Below, in pieces: positions 35,174-45,925 of a stretch of DNA of 64,000 bases. Source of the DNA: Entomortierella parvispora E1425 (Eukaryota; Fungi; Mortierellomycota). Location of the stretch: NCBI GenBank assembly GCA_020891255.1, contig BQFW01000008.1, positions 620,001 to 684,000 on the forward strand. The letters are read 5' to 3'. The number at the start of each line of letters is the position of its first letter. Position 1 is the first letter of the stretch. Under the pieces are notes generated by a model. That model saw only the letters and a list, made by a program, of their open reading frames with translations, made no database searches and had not been told where the DNA came from. The position numbers and the translations under genes were made by a program.

Positions 35174-36246
35174 GGTTTCCGTTCCTTGTGGGTTTTCTTT
35201 CTTAATTGCTACTCCACAAAAGGGAAATCGAGTCGAGAGGAGAGGTGAGTGTGTTTTGGGAGAGTGGAGAGGGAAGGCGTGGGTAAAGGAAAGAAGAAGG
35301 AAGAGGGAGGCAGAGAGATCGTGAACGCTTTTTTGATCAAGATAGGCTCCTTCCCTCTCTCCCGCACACGGACCCAGCTATACCGCAGCCTCCCTGAAAA
35401 AGGAGATTTTCTTTGGCAATCCTGCCATCGGGTTGCTTCAAAGGGAAAGCAATTGGATGTAACTTTGCACTAGCTTCCTCTTTTTGTGGTACACAAGGCT
35501 ACTCTTTTTCTCCTTTATCATGTTGTGGTATGATGCTGCGCACCTCATAGGTGGGGTGGGGGTGGTGCGCCCAAGCATGCAGAGCTCGTTCAAATAAATA
35601 AAAAAAAAAAAGAGAAGAGAAAAAGGAGCTAAGCAGACAATAATCTCACCAGTGCACCAGGCCCGGGGCGATGATCGGGTTATGATCGTCATGAAAGCAG
35701 CTATCTGCATACCGAGAGAGAGAAAATTTTCCAATTGGTCTTCTTTCAGGCAAAAGATGCAACTGACCGTTGGCGCGTCAAAAGTAGGCTTTTGTTTTCT
35801 TGGTCCAATCCCTCGTCTTGCACATGTCTCTGGGTGCTGCTAGCCCTTTCTATTTCGCGACTGGATCGAGATCTTGTTGGCCCTTGCTTTTCCAAAAAAA
35901 TCCTACTCGCTGTGGCAGGCGCACCGTTCTTTCGCCAAGAGGCAAAAAGAGGTCAGAGAGGTATAAAGAGTGATGAAAGGGCGACATCATAACAGAGCCA
36001 TCTTGGCTTCCGATGTTATTCCACCAGTCAGAGTGCTGTCGCACAAAATGTCCGTTGGCTATCGTGCTTCGAGGCCTTGAAAGAGCCCGTAGGTCATACC
36101 CTTCTCTCTCGCCCACTCTTGTCTAGGCTGCCGGTTTCAAAGCCGCCGAACGTCAATTGCACAAACCAAGAGAGGGCAATAGCAGCAAACACTGCTACCC
36201 GGCGCCTTTCTTTCACAACTGAACATCGACATCGACCGCTTTTTCC

Positions 36247-36254
36247 TATAAAAA
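36247..36254 (+). promoter_or_regulatory. Candidate TATA box of ferritin-like gene
   Basis: TATAAAAA about 120 nt upstream of ATG 36370. Confidence 0.5.
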
Positions 36255-36369
36255 GGGCCGGGAGAACCAACAGAAACTCCTCGTCCGCTCATCTTCTACA
36301 ACATCCCAACTCTCCAATTGCCCGACCTCCTCTTCCACTCTTTATACATTCTTTTTTCTCTTCCCAACC

Positions 36370-37398
36370 ATGTACTTCTCCACCCTTGGCTTTACCCTCC
36401 TGGCTGCCATTGCTTCGGTCGCCTCCGTCTCTGCGGCTCCAGCGACCACCAGCTCTGCGGCGGCAACGTCCACCAGCTCGGCTCCAACGTCCACCAGCTC
36501 TGCGACTCCAACGCCCACCTGCAACGCCACGGCTGTGAACGTCAAGGTCCTTAACTTTGCTTTGACCCTCGAGAATCTCGAGTCTGCGTTCTACAAGGCC
36601 GGTCTTGCCAAGTTTAACAGCTCCTCCTTCACGGACGCCGGGTTCCATGCCACCGTCCGTGACCGTTTCGTCGAGATTGGTCAGCATGAAGCCGACCACG
36701 TCTCGACCCTGACTTCGATCATCAAATCCCTGAATGGCACAGCCGTCGCACCCTGCAACTACACGTTCCCTATGAACAACGTGACCCAGTTCATGGCTGT
36801 TGCCCAGGCCTTGGAGAACACGGGTGTCTCGGCTTATCTGGGAGCCATTTCGAGTCTCTCTGGTAATGTCTCGACGGCTGCGGCCACCATTGCCACGGTG
36901 GAGGCTCGTCACTCTGCGTATTTGAGCGAGCTCATGAACCAGACCGCGTTCCCGTATGCGTTCGATACGCCCCTGAGCCCCCAGGCCGTGGTGACTCTTG
37001 CGGGCCAGTTTATCAGCTCTTGCCCATACAACATTGGGGTCACGCCCTTTAACCACCTCAATGCCTCCTTGCCCACGGGCAACAGTACCATGGTCACGAC
37101 CTCGTTCAACGGTACCGGTGCCAACTCCACCACATCCTACTGTCAGTTCATCTTTGGCAACATGACTTCTGTCTCGCCTCGATCTAGCTGTGCCTTGCCC
37201 GCGAATGCCGATGGCTACGTCTACGTGGTCGTCACCAACAGTAGCACCCCACTCAACAGCACCAATACTGGCATTATTCTTGCCGGTCCCGCCTTGTTGT
37301 TCAATGGTAACCATACTATGCATGCTAACGGTACTGCCCCTGCTAACGGTACTGCCCCCAGTGGTTCGGGAAGCGGTAGCGGCAGCGGTTCCTCGTAA
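36370..37398 (+). CDS. Secreted ferritin-like domain protein (Rds1/Ferritin_2-like), intronless
   Basis: Signal peptide followed by LNFALTLENLESAFY, EIGQHEADHV, QALENTGVSAYLGA and IATVEARHSA four-helix motifs. Many N-x-S/T sequons. Confidence 0.88.
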   Translation: MYFSTLGFTLLAAIASVASVSAAPATTSSAAATSTSSAPTSTSSATPTPTCNATAVNVKVLNFALTLENLESAFYKAGLAKFNSSSFTDAGFHATVRDRFVEIGQHEADHVSTLTSIIKSLNGTAVAPCNYTFPMNNVTQFMAVAQALENTGVSAYLGAISSLSGNVSTAAATIATVEARHSAYLSELMNQTAFPYAFDTPLSPQAVVTLAGQFISSCPYNIGVTPFNHLNASLPTGNSTMVTTSFNGTGANSTTSYCQFIFGNMTSVSPRSSCALPANADGYVYVVVTNSSTPLNSTNTGIILAGPALLFNGNHTMHANGTAPANGTAPSGSGSGSGSGSS

Positions 37399-37641
37399 AC
37401 AAATCAATCTGTCCGTTTCTATCTTCTCTCTAAGACTTTCTATCCATGATAAGCAGTCTTCAAGTTTTTTGAGTATTGTTCAATCCAAAAAACAAAAAAA
37501 CAAAAACAAAAAAAAAGAACCTAGGAACCTTTCCAGGAATTGTACATAGCACCATTTTTGAATAATACTCTTTTTTTTTCTTCATAACTTGATTCTATAC
37601 ATTGGTGTGGTCGTTACTTGAGAAAAGTATGGAAAAGGAAT

Positions 37642-39623
37642 CTAATAGTCGATACCAACGCCCTTGACACTCTCGCCGTTCTTGACTTTGCGAAGTGCTT
37701 CCAGGACTGGTACAGCAGGACAGCCAGCTGGGGCAAAGTGGATAATGAAATCGCCTTCCTCGTACTGCTTAGGGAAGGTGTTCATAACATGGTCGTTCTT
37801 GTCGTAGAGGTAGACCTGGAAGTAAAAACGTTAGAAAATGGTAATCAGTAACTGGTAGTGAACCCTGCGAGCACAATGAAAAAAAATAAAATAAATAAAA
37901 AAATAAAAGGCCCACTTACTCCTGAGGTCCATTGTGGGTCCATCATGACATCCCAGATTGCAGCCTGCTCATAACTCGACTTTGCGTACCACTCGGTACG
38001 GGTCTGAACCTCATTCAAGAACCGACGGCTCCAGTCCGTATTCTTGATCAACAAAACGCCGGCATTCAATTTTGGATCTCTGACGGGTCGGACAACAACC
38101 AAACTGATCTCATCCTGTTCGGGTCTTTTGTTTTCTTCTGCGAATTTGAGAAGCTCCCGAACATCCTTGTCCATGTCCGCAACAACTGCATCCATGTCCA
38201 TCCAGAACAGCCATTCATAATGAGGCAAGACTTTTTGAAGCGCTCCAATCTTGCCCCAAACCAATCGACGGCCACGGAATTCTTCCTGCGCAAACTCGGC
38301 CGCACGAGCCACAAAGTCGTATCCATGCTTCTCTGCGTACAGGCGCTTGTTTTCAGCAGCGTACAAGGAGGCTTCCGCCATACACATGTCCACATAGATG
38401 TAGGACGAAGTCAGCACGGCAACGTTCTTTTTGCGGTTGACATCCACGGCACAGGCAGCAGTGGGTTGAATGGCCAAGTGATCCGCGATCGGCATCCAGT
38501 CTTCCTGTTGGTAAACCTGTCCGACAACCTCGGTTGAAACATCAATCTTCTCCACCTCGCTTGCCCACAGCTGTCCTTTACCCTTCTCCTGCTTGAACGA
38601 GGGCGCAGTGAAGTAGATTTTGGTGGCATCGATCAAGTTCAATGGCACCTCACGCTCGCTTTCGATCACTGCTCTGTTCTCCAACAACTTTTGTGCGACA
38701 GAGAAGGACACCATAGCAGCCCATGTCCGGGGCTCGCCCCATGTGTAGACAAACCCATTGGGGTTGACGGCTCCTTTGACAGTTTGCTCCATCTTGGGCA
38801 AGTTGACGATCGTGGTTGAGTCAAAGATGGCGATTTTGTCGACCTTGATCTTTTCCTGGGGTACGAAAGTATTGACCTAAGAAGAGGAGGATCCATTGCA
38901 GTAAAGATTAGTCTTTTTTGTTCCCCCGTGTTATTGATATCGTGCAATCAAATGAAGACTTACAGCCCAGTCCAAAGCGTCGCCCCAGACAGAATGTGGA
39001 GCAATCGTCTTGTTGGCGAACATGGAGTCGTTAAACTCCACGAGCTCTCCATAGAGATCCCTGACCTGGGCTTGCATGTACTCGGCAGAGTGGATCTTGG
39101 TCTTGCCCCAAGTGGATCGTCCATGGATATAAAACTTGTAAATGATCCGTCCGTCATAGAGCTTGCAGGGCTCGAGGTTGTTTTTGATCCCAAAGATTGT
39201 CTCGCGCACCCATCGGCGGTTTTGAATCTGAGTCCAGCTCGAAGGAATCACCACCAGGGTATCGTACTGGCCAGAGGTGTTGGGCTCTGGTGGAGGGGTG
39301 TTTGTCGTGGTGGAAGGGGTGGTCGTTGTGTCCTTTGGGAGGTTTACTGAGGTGTCCTTGGGATCCTCAGTTTTCTCGCTATAGTCATCAGTGGTCTTGT
39401 CCTCGTTGTATTGACTTCCAGTATTGCCTTTGCTTGAGCCAGTTCCAGGGTTGGAGTACTCGTATGGGTTTGAAGGGTCTTTGTTCCTGCTGGTAGAGGG
39501 ATCCACATAGGAGGTGCTGTCGTTATAGTCGTTATAAGAGTTGCTCTTGTGGTAGGAGAGGAAGACCACGGCGAGGAAGATGGCGGCCGTGATCCAGTAC
39601 AGTTTCCGGGCGGGCATGGCCAT
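37642..39623 (-). CDS. Type II membrane glycosyltransferase: degenerate GT31-like domain followed by GT34 (Gma12/Mnn10) domain; exons 39623-38964, 38876-37920, 37815-37642
   Basis: N-terminal TM helix. GT34 motifs NKRLYAEKHGY, WGKI, WLFWMDMDA, LNAGVLLIKN, EQAAI and GDFIIHFA. Confidence 0.88.
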
Positions 39624-40170
39624 GATTTCGACGTTGATTCCCGAAAGTCGAAGGGATGATGGAGTTGAGGATGAAAGAAAGGAAAGAGGAAAGGAAAGGA
39701 AAGGGAAAGAAAGGGAACCGACATGAGCTGCAAATGAGCGCTGCCCCTGTGCAAACTCTGTGAAATCATAGTTCCGAGTAGTGGCTGCTGGATATTGCAG
39801 CTAAATTTAGCTCTCTTTGTCTGAGTCTCTCTCTGTCGTCTGTCTGTCCTGTCTGTGTGTCGCTGTGTGTGTGTGTGTTGTCTGGCTGGGTTCATTCCAT
39901 GGGCTGGATGACGCAGGAAGTAGAGTCCAGGAATAGGAACGGGCAGCAGGAATAGCGTCCAGGCAGTCGTCGCCGTAGAAATGAAATGGTGGCGCGCATC
40001 TTGCGCCAACGAAAGAACTCCCATAGTCAACAGTCTGGACGCCTGGCTGCCTTGCTGCTTCCCCTCGCCTATCGCCTGTCACTTTGTCGTCTGACTGTGC
40101 CACCAATATTTGACCGTGCTCATGTCTGCATGTCCGCTTTTCATCTGCTGCTCATTCCAGACCTCGCCTC

Positions 40171-42052
40171 ATGACCCCCGCCGCAGAAACACAAAAAGCA
40201 GACACCACGCTGGACCATACCGCTATCGTGGACCTCCCGATCGAAGTCTTGGCGTCCATTGCGCAATATCTAGTACTTGCAGACAACCTCCAGGACCTGC
40301 TCCATCTTAGTCGATCATGCCGAGTCCTGTACCGGGACCTCTGGTCATCGTCATCTGATATTTGGCCCTACCTCTGGAAGAGTCTCTATGGCGATAAGGA
40401 GCCATCAGCTCTGGAGCCAACAGGTGGACTGCCTGCCAAAGACCGATATAGGTTGACGATTCAATCAAGGCATACAACACTTCTGAATTTGAGAAGCACG
40501 TCGTCCAGTCTTTGTAAATCTTGTCCCCCTGTTCCAGGGGAAGGCATGAGGAATCAGATTCTTTGTCTCTTGGATATAGGAGCTGACTATGGTAAAGGCA
40601 AAGAGTGGAACTTTCATGCTGCATGCGGAGAGAATCGCAATCAGGATAATAGGCAAGCTAACCAGTTTATACAGACTATAGGAATCTGCATTGGATCAGT
40701 CAAGCGACCAACTCTCGATTCTGGGCGTGGGTGGTATTCTTCTGTCTCCAGACACCATTGCGGTCAGCATCCATCTTTCCCAGTCCAGACACGCTTCGTC
40801 GAATCTTTGACATCCTCGCTCGACTTGCCGTCAGAGGTACGCTTTCAGGAGCAATTCTAGCCAGCACAATCAAAGTAGCGCAAAGTAATGACTGACACCT
40901 TCGTTCTGCTTCTTCAAAGATCCTTCTCTCTTGGAAGCGATCTATCGTGACAAGTATGCATCGTTCCGACATCTACGCCGAGCTATCTTTTGCCAGGAAT
41001 TACCGTCTCCACAGTGGCAAATACATGCTGATTCGGCATCCCATACTCAGTTTCCATGGTCCATGGTCCAAGTTTTTTTCATGATTTTGTTCTGCGGACC
41101 CACAGTATGTTCCGTCGACAACCAGGCAGATATGCTAAAGCGGATAGCGCTCGCCAGCTCATTATCAAACGCGAATGGCTTGACAGCAAGCGAAGCATCA
41201 CTTGGGCACCGGGCACGATCGCTGGTTCCGTCATGGTTCAATTTTGGCGACAGCTCGGAGGCAGTCAAACCGATACCATTGACTGCATTACCAAAGCGAT
41301 TCAATCCATTGGACATTCCTGTGTCCAGCAATATATTCAGTCTTACTGGGAGGTGGACAGGGTATTACGCCTATCGAGAGTTTGATCCGATGGTCGAGAG
41401 TGAGTCTGAGGACGAGAACGAATTGGATCAGTTACTAAACCAGAGGCCACCTCGCAACCTGGAGCATTCGGTGAGAGGACTTCGTCTGGATCGGCGCATG
41501 AAGGTGGATTTGGTTTGCTGGACAACCGAGTCAGTAGAGCAAGGTGCTTATAGACCTGGCGGCGATCCTCTCTATCTTTGCAATATGACGGATCTGCACG
41601 CTATGCAGGAAGTGGACCGGTGCTTTCTCGTAGCAAGGTCGAGTTGCACCGATTCTCAAACCAGCGCAAACGTGGACCTCGATGACCTGAATCAGAGTGA
41701 GAACTGGCAGCACCAGCGCATCTTTTCGGGAAGAGGTAGAGATGAGATTGGGGCTTTTGGGATCCGAGGGATAATCTCGGAGAGATCTGGCCTAGTTCGA
41801 ATGGTCAAGAACTACTTTCCAGATCTACAAGAATCATTTAGCAGCGACCTCAGAAACAGAGAGAATGGAAGCCCCCTTGTCGAGTTTGGATCAGGGCACG
41901 ATCGGATGAGCTTTGATCTCAATGGAGAAACGATTGTCTGGTACTATCGTGGGCTGATGGAGACCAGGGAAGGGCCTGGGATCCTAGGGCTCTGGTACGA
42001 CGAAGACGTGTCTGGCCCTTTTTGGCTGTTCCCAGTTGGCGAGAATGATTAA
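40171..42052 (+). CDS. F-box protein with uncharacterised C-terminal domain; 3 exons (middle exon from 40675)
   Basis: IVDLPIEVLASIAQYL...DLLHLSRSCRVLY is an F-box motif. Two phase-1 GT-AG introns keep the frame to TAA 42050-42052. Confidence 0.75.
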
Positions 42053-42337
42053 AGAGGAAAGGCCGTGCGTGAACGGGAGGCCAATTGAAGGACGAGTCAA
42101 ACATGACCATGCGGAGGAGATATTTTTTCAAGCTGAGCGTGAGCGTGGATGTTGCGCGGTCTTTGATTGTGTTTTTGTTTGGTGCCCCCTGGCGCTGGCT
42201 TGGAATGGCCTCTTTCTCTTGTCTCTTCTGTTTCTCTTCTTCTCTCTTTTCTCTTTTCTCTTTTCTTGCATTCATTTCATTTCATTCGTAACCTCATTCT
42301 CAACACTCGCAATTCCATCTCTTAAAACTCAAACACC

Positions 42338-43075
42338 ATGTCTTCAGAATCCGCACTTTCTCCTTCAAGCCCTATTCACACCTACAGCCCCGGCACCTTG
42401 GTCTATGAGGTCAACCTGTCTATTCCTCGTGAGAAAGTAGACGATTACCTTGTCTGGTTGAAGACATTCACAAAGGCAAGTCACTGGCATTGATTCGTCT
42501 CGTTAGTTGTTTATGATCTCCATGAGCTCAAGCCAAGCCCAGTGAACAGATCCCATGTGCCACGACTGAATCGCCGGAGAGTTCCCAGAAAGTTTCCTCG
42601 CGTCTCCTGCTCAAGTCTTTCCTGCTCTACTTACACATCCTCTGCCTCTTTCCACATCTATCTTCACTTCACCAACAGGACCAAGTCAACAAGATCGACG
42701 GCTTCCTCTCCTCCATGGTCTTTTCGCAGCCAAAACCTTGTAAGCCCCGCAATTGGGAGAGCCCCACCCTGGGCCCATGAAACCCAGGCAGATGTTGACC
42801 AGAGCCACCTGTTTGTCGGGATGTGTACCGCAATGTATGTTGACAGAGGTACTTGCTGCGTACTAACGCATCCATACCCTTACTTTTTAGATGGTTTGCA
42901 CTGGTTGTCCGAGGAGGGCAACACCAAGACCTATATCACTGTCCATTATGTCGTTGCATCGCATGCCCACCTGGATGCCTACTTGAAGACGGAGCAGCCA
43001 GCCATTGCAACAGCAGAGCAGGAGCGTTTCGAATTCTTGGTTACCAGTCGCCGTACTCTCAGCGTCGTCTTTTAA
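42338..43075 (+). CDS. DUF4286-like small protein; exons 42338-42475, 42679-42739, 42891-43075
   Basis: LVYEVNLSIPREKVDDYLVWLK and YITVHYVVASHAHLDAYLK...ERF...SRRTL resemble the DUF4286 pattern. Intron 1 has a GC donor (AAG|GCAAGT). Confidence 0.72.
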
Positions 43076-43423
43076 ATCGATCGCCAAGCAATATCACCCG
43101 GATGGAAAGAACAGACGACAACCCAATAACAGTATACAGACAGCAGAGGGGAGGGGGGAATGGAGTCCCTAGAGCTGTTCATTTATTGACAAGCACCATG
43201 GAGTTCGTTTCTCAAATAAAGCGACCCATCCCCAACTGACACAAGCCCAAAACAGAGGACAAACCCGAGGTGATTGCCAGCTAACGATTTATTTTCGATT
43301 ATGAGGACAGAGGCCTATAGGCAAGGAAGAGACGAGTAAAGGACAGGGAGAAGAGGGTATCTATCTAGGATATATGTCCAGGAGGAGCTACAGGCGTACA
43401 AGGAAGACGCACAAGTAGAGCTT

Positions 43424-44370
43424 TTACTTGTTCATGTGCTCTGGCAACAAATAGCTTGGAGTTTCTGCGATGTTGTAAGCTGTCGGCTCTGGAGCACCAT
43501 AGACCACCTTGCAAGGGACGACGCCCGAGTAATGCTTCTTCAAAAGCTCTGGATCTTCCTTGTCCGCGACATCATCGCTTACGCCACCGGTGCGGATCTT
43601 GGCCGAAGCCTTTTCAATCTGGACAGCAATGACTTTTGTGGACTGGAGATCAATCTTGTTGGGGAGTCTGGAATCGTTCCAACGGTCGGCGTGACGGAAA
43701 GGTTGGTTGGTAATGGCCTCCAGTGCTCGGTCTTTTTCCTCAGGAGTGCTGACAAGGCGACCGTGACCAAAGACGACGGCGGATTGATAGTTCATGGAGT
43801 TGTGGAAGGGAGACATGGCCACGACGAGGCCATCGATTTGGGAGACCTAAGGATCGAGAGAGGTTAGATGGTCGAGTTGGACAACGGGTGGATGAAAGTG
43901 CTACAACAGGGGGATTGGACGAGGCTGTGGTCTTACTGTGATGCAGACTTTGGGAGGTTCGTTGGAAGCAAGGGCCTTCATCATACGTCCGCTGACATAT
44001 CTACATTGGCAGGAAGACGGACGCAATTGCAATTAGATCCTTCATGTCCGGACTTTCTTGCTGACCTGCGCCATTCTCAAAAAAAAAAAAAAAAAAAAAA
44101 AATGGTGGAACCTGAAATTCGAGGATGCAGCACTCACCCATGAATGTATACGGTATCATCGATACGTCCGTAACACATTGGCATCACAAATGGCCAATCC
44201 TCCTCGTCTGCGGCACCGGGGGGCAAGGTGAATCCAACATGGGCCAGCAAGTTGTTGTCGAGGATTCCATGAATGGTCTCCGCGTCATAGCGAGCACGAT
44301 CCTTCATGCGATGGATCTGGTTAATGGCCTTGTGCGAGGCTGGGGTGTAATCTGCGGTAGTGGCAGCCAT
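43424..44370 (-). CDS. PNPOx-related flavin-nucleotide-binding protein (NimA/PAI2-like subfamily), 3 exons
   Basis: RARYDAETIHGILD...LAHVGF, PFVMPMCYGR...VYIHG|YVSGRMMK, DGLVVAMSPFHNSMNYQSAVVFG and SAKIRTGG. Confidence 0.88.
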
Positions 44371-45696
44371 GGTTACAATATCTCTTTTCTTGGTCCGTGG
44401 TTGTTGGTGTGATGTTGAGCGGCGGGGTGGTTGTCCTTGAGCGGCGAAAGTTCGGGATTGTTGAGAAAAAAGAATGGGGAGGAAGAGAAAGGAAAAAAAA
44501 AGACCGAGAGTTCTTTTTATTGGGTCGAACAGCCTGGGAGCGGCACGCGCAAAATGACTAATTGAGTGGGCTGGAGTGGTGGAGGTTGGGTTCCGTTGGA
44601 CAGCTGGACATCGCACAACGTGAGAAAAATCCGAGCTCTTGCGTGTGTTTTTCTTACTTTCGTGCAACAGGTCGTCAAAAAGAGGGGACGCCGCCAATTC
44701 TTCCTTCCTTATTGCTCCGAGATCGCTCACCATGACTCCCCTACCCGTCTACTGACTGCACTACCCTCCGACGTTCTGGGCTGAGGGCAATGACAAAGAC
44801 TTTCGCCGAGAGCGCAGATCGTGGTGAAAGCGGACGGGAGGACTCGTGGTTCACTTCAAGATGGCGCAAGACGAATATGGATCTAACATGTCATATTTCA
44901 CCCGAGAGGTGGATTCTGCGTCAATTCAAGTAAACCCCTCAACTTCTCTAGACGGTCGGCGGTGCTGAGCAGAAGGTCAATCAAGGGGTGGCTCTCAATG
45001 GATCCAAGATACCAAGTGGACGACAAGAGAAAGATCGTTGGATCAACTGTGCCGGCTGTGGTTCTCATGGCTCAATCAGTAGTCAACCTCTTGATGACTT
45101 GGGCCGAGAGCAAGAAACCCTATCCTGGTCTATTTCTATTCACTGGGAGCCATTATCGTTCTCATACTATGGCTTCTCGTCCTCCGGCTACTCGATCTAG
45201 ATGGATTTTGCAACTGCGGATCAGACGTTCAAGAGCTGACAAGAGAGAGTCCCGAGGAGTGCAGTGGCGGTGGTTGGCCTGGAATGTTCATTTTGGTGGC
45301 GTGCCTCAATAACCATTGCGCCAGCGCTAGGGAAAAGGAAGGCAGGGGTGAGTGCATTGGCCCCTTTGTCAACGAGAAAGATGTGCTGAGAGTCCGCTCG
45401 CTGTTACTGTGCCGCCTTTACGCCATACTTTGCCGTCGGTAAGTTGGCGTTGAACAACGAGGATCATCGCTTTTATTTTTAGGACTGGCAGTGAATCAAG
45501 GATGAGGGAGTGGAAGTCAACAAAGCGAGAATCATCATCCTGCACTGCCTGCCTGTGTCTCGCAGAGGCAGTTGCAGGGGGAGAGTCGACGGACGTGTGC
45601 GCTGTGTGCGCCCTTCTTGCCTCTGCCAAACACGATGAACAGACAGAAATAGGGGAGGAAAAGGGACGGCGGCGGAGAGACAGACACAGAAAGACA

Positions 45697-45697
<1 letters not shown>

Positions 45698-45749
<52 letters not shown>
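45698..45749. repeat. (GACA)n microsatellite, about 13 units
   Basis: Direct reading of the sequence. Confidence 0.95.
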
Positions 45750-45925
45750 CAAGGATCACGGATATCGTACCCTTCCCTCTTTCACTTCTTCCCTTCCCTC
45801 TGCAATCGTGCAATCGTGCAATCGAGTCTCTCCATTTCAGTTCAACCCTCATTTCCATTCTCCCTCCATTTGCACCCTCGTAGCTCCTTTTTTTAGACCG
45901 TGCCAAACGCTCTTTTTTTGTCGGG

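Noticed and set aside
36289-37407. 372-aa minus-strand ORF
   Set aside because: Antisense shadow of the ferritin-like gene, with no motifs.
44962-45312. 116-aa ORF between the PNPOx-like and O-fucosyltransferase genes
   Set aside because: Non-ATG start, no recognisable motif or splice support. It could be noise and is not distinguishable without data.
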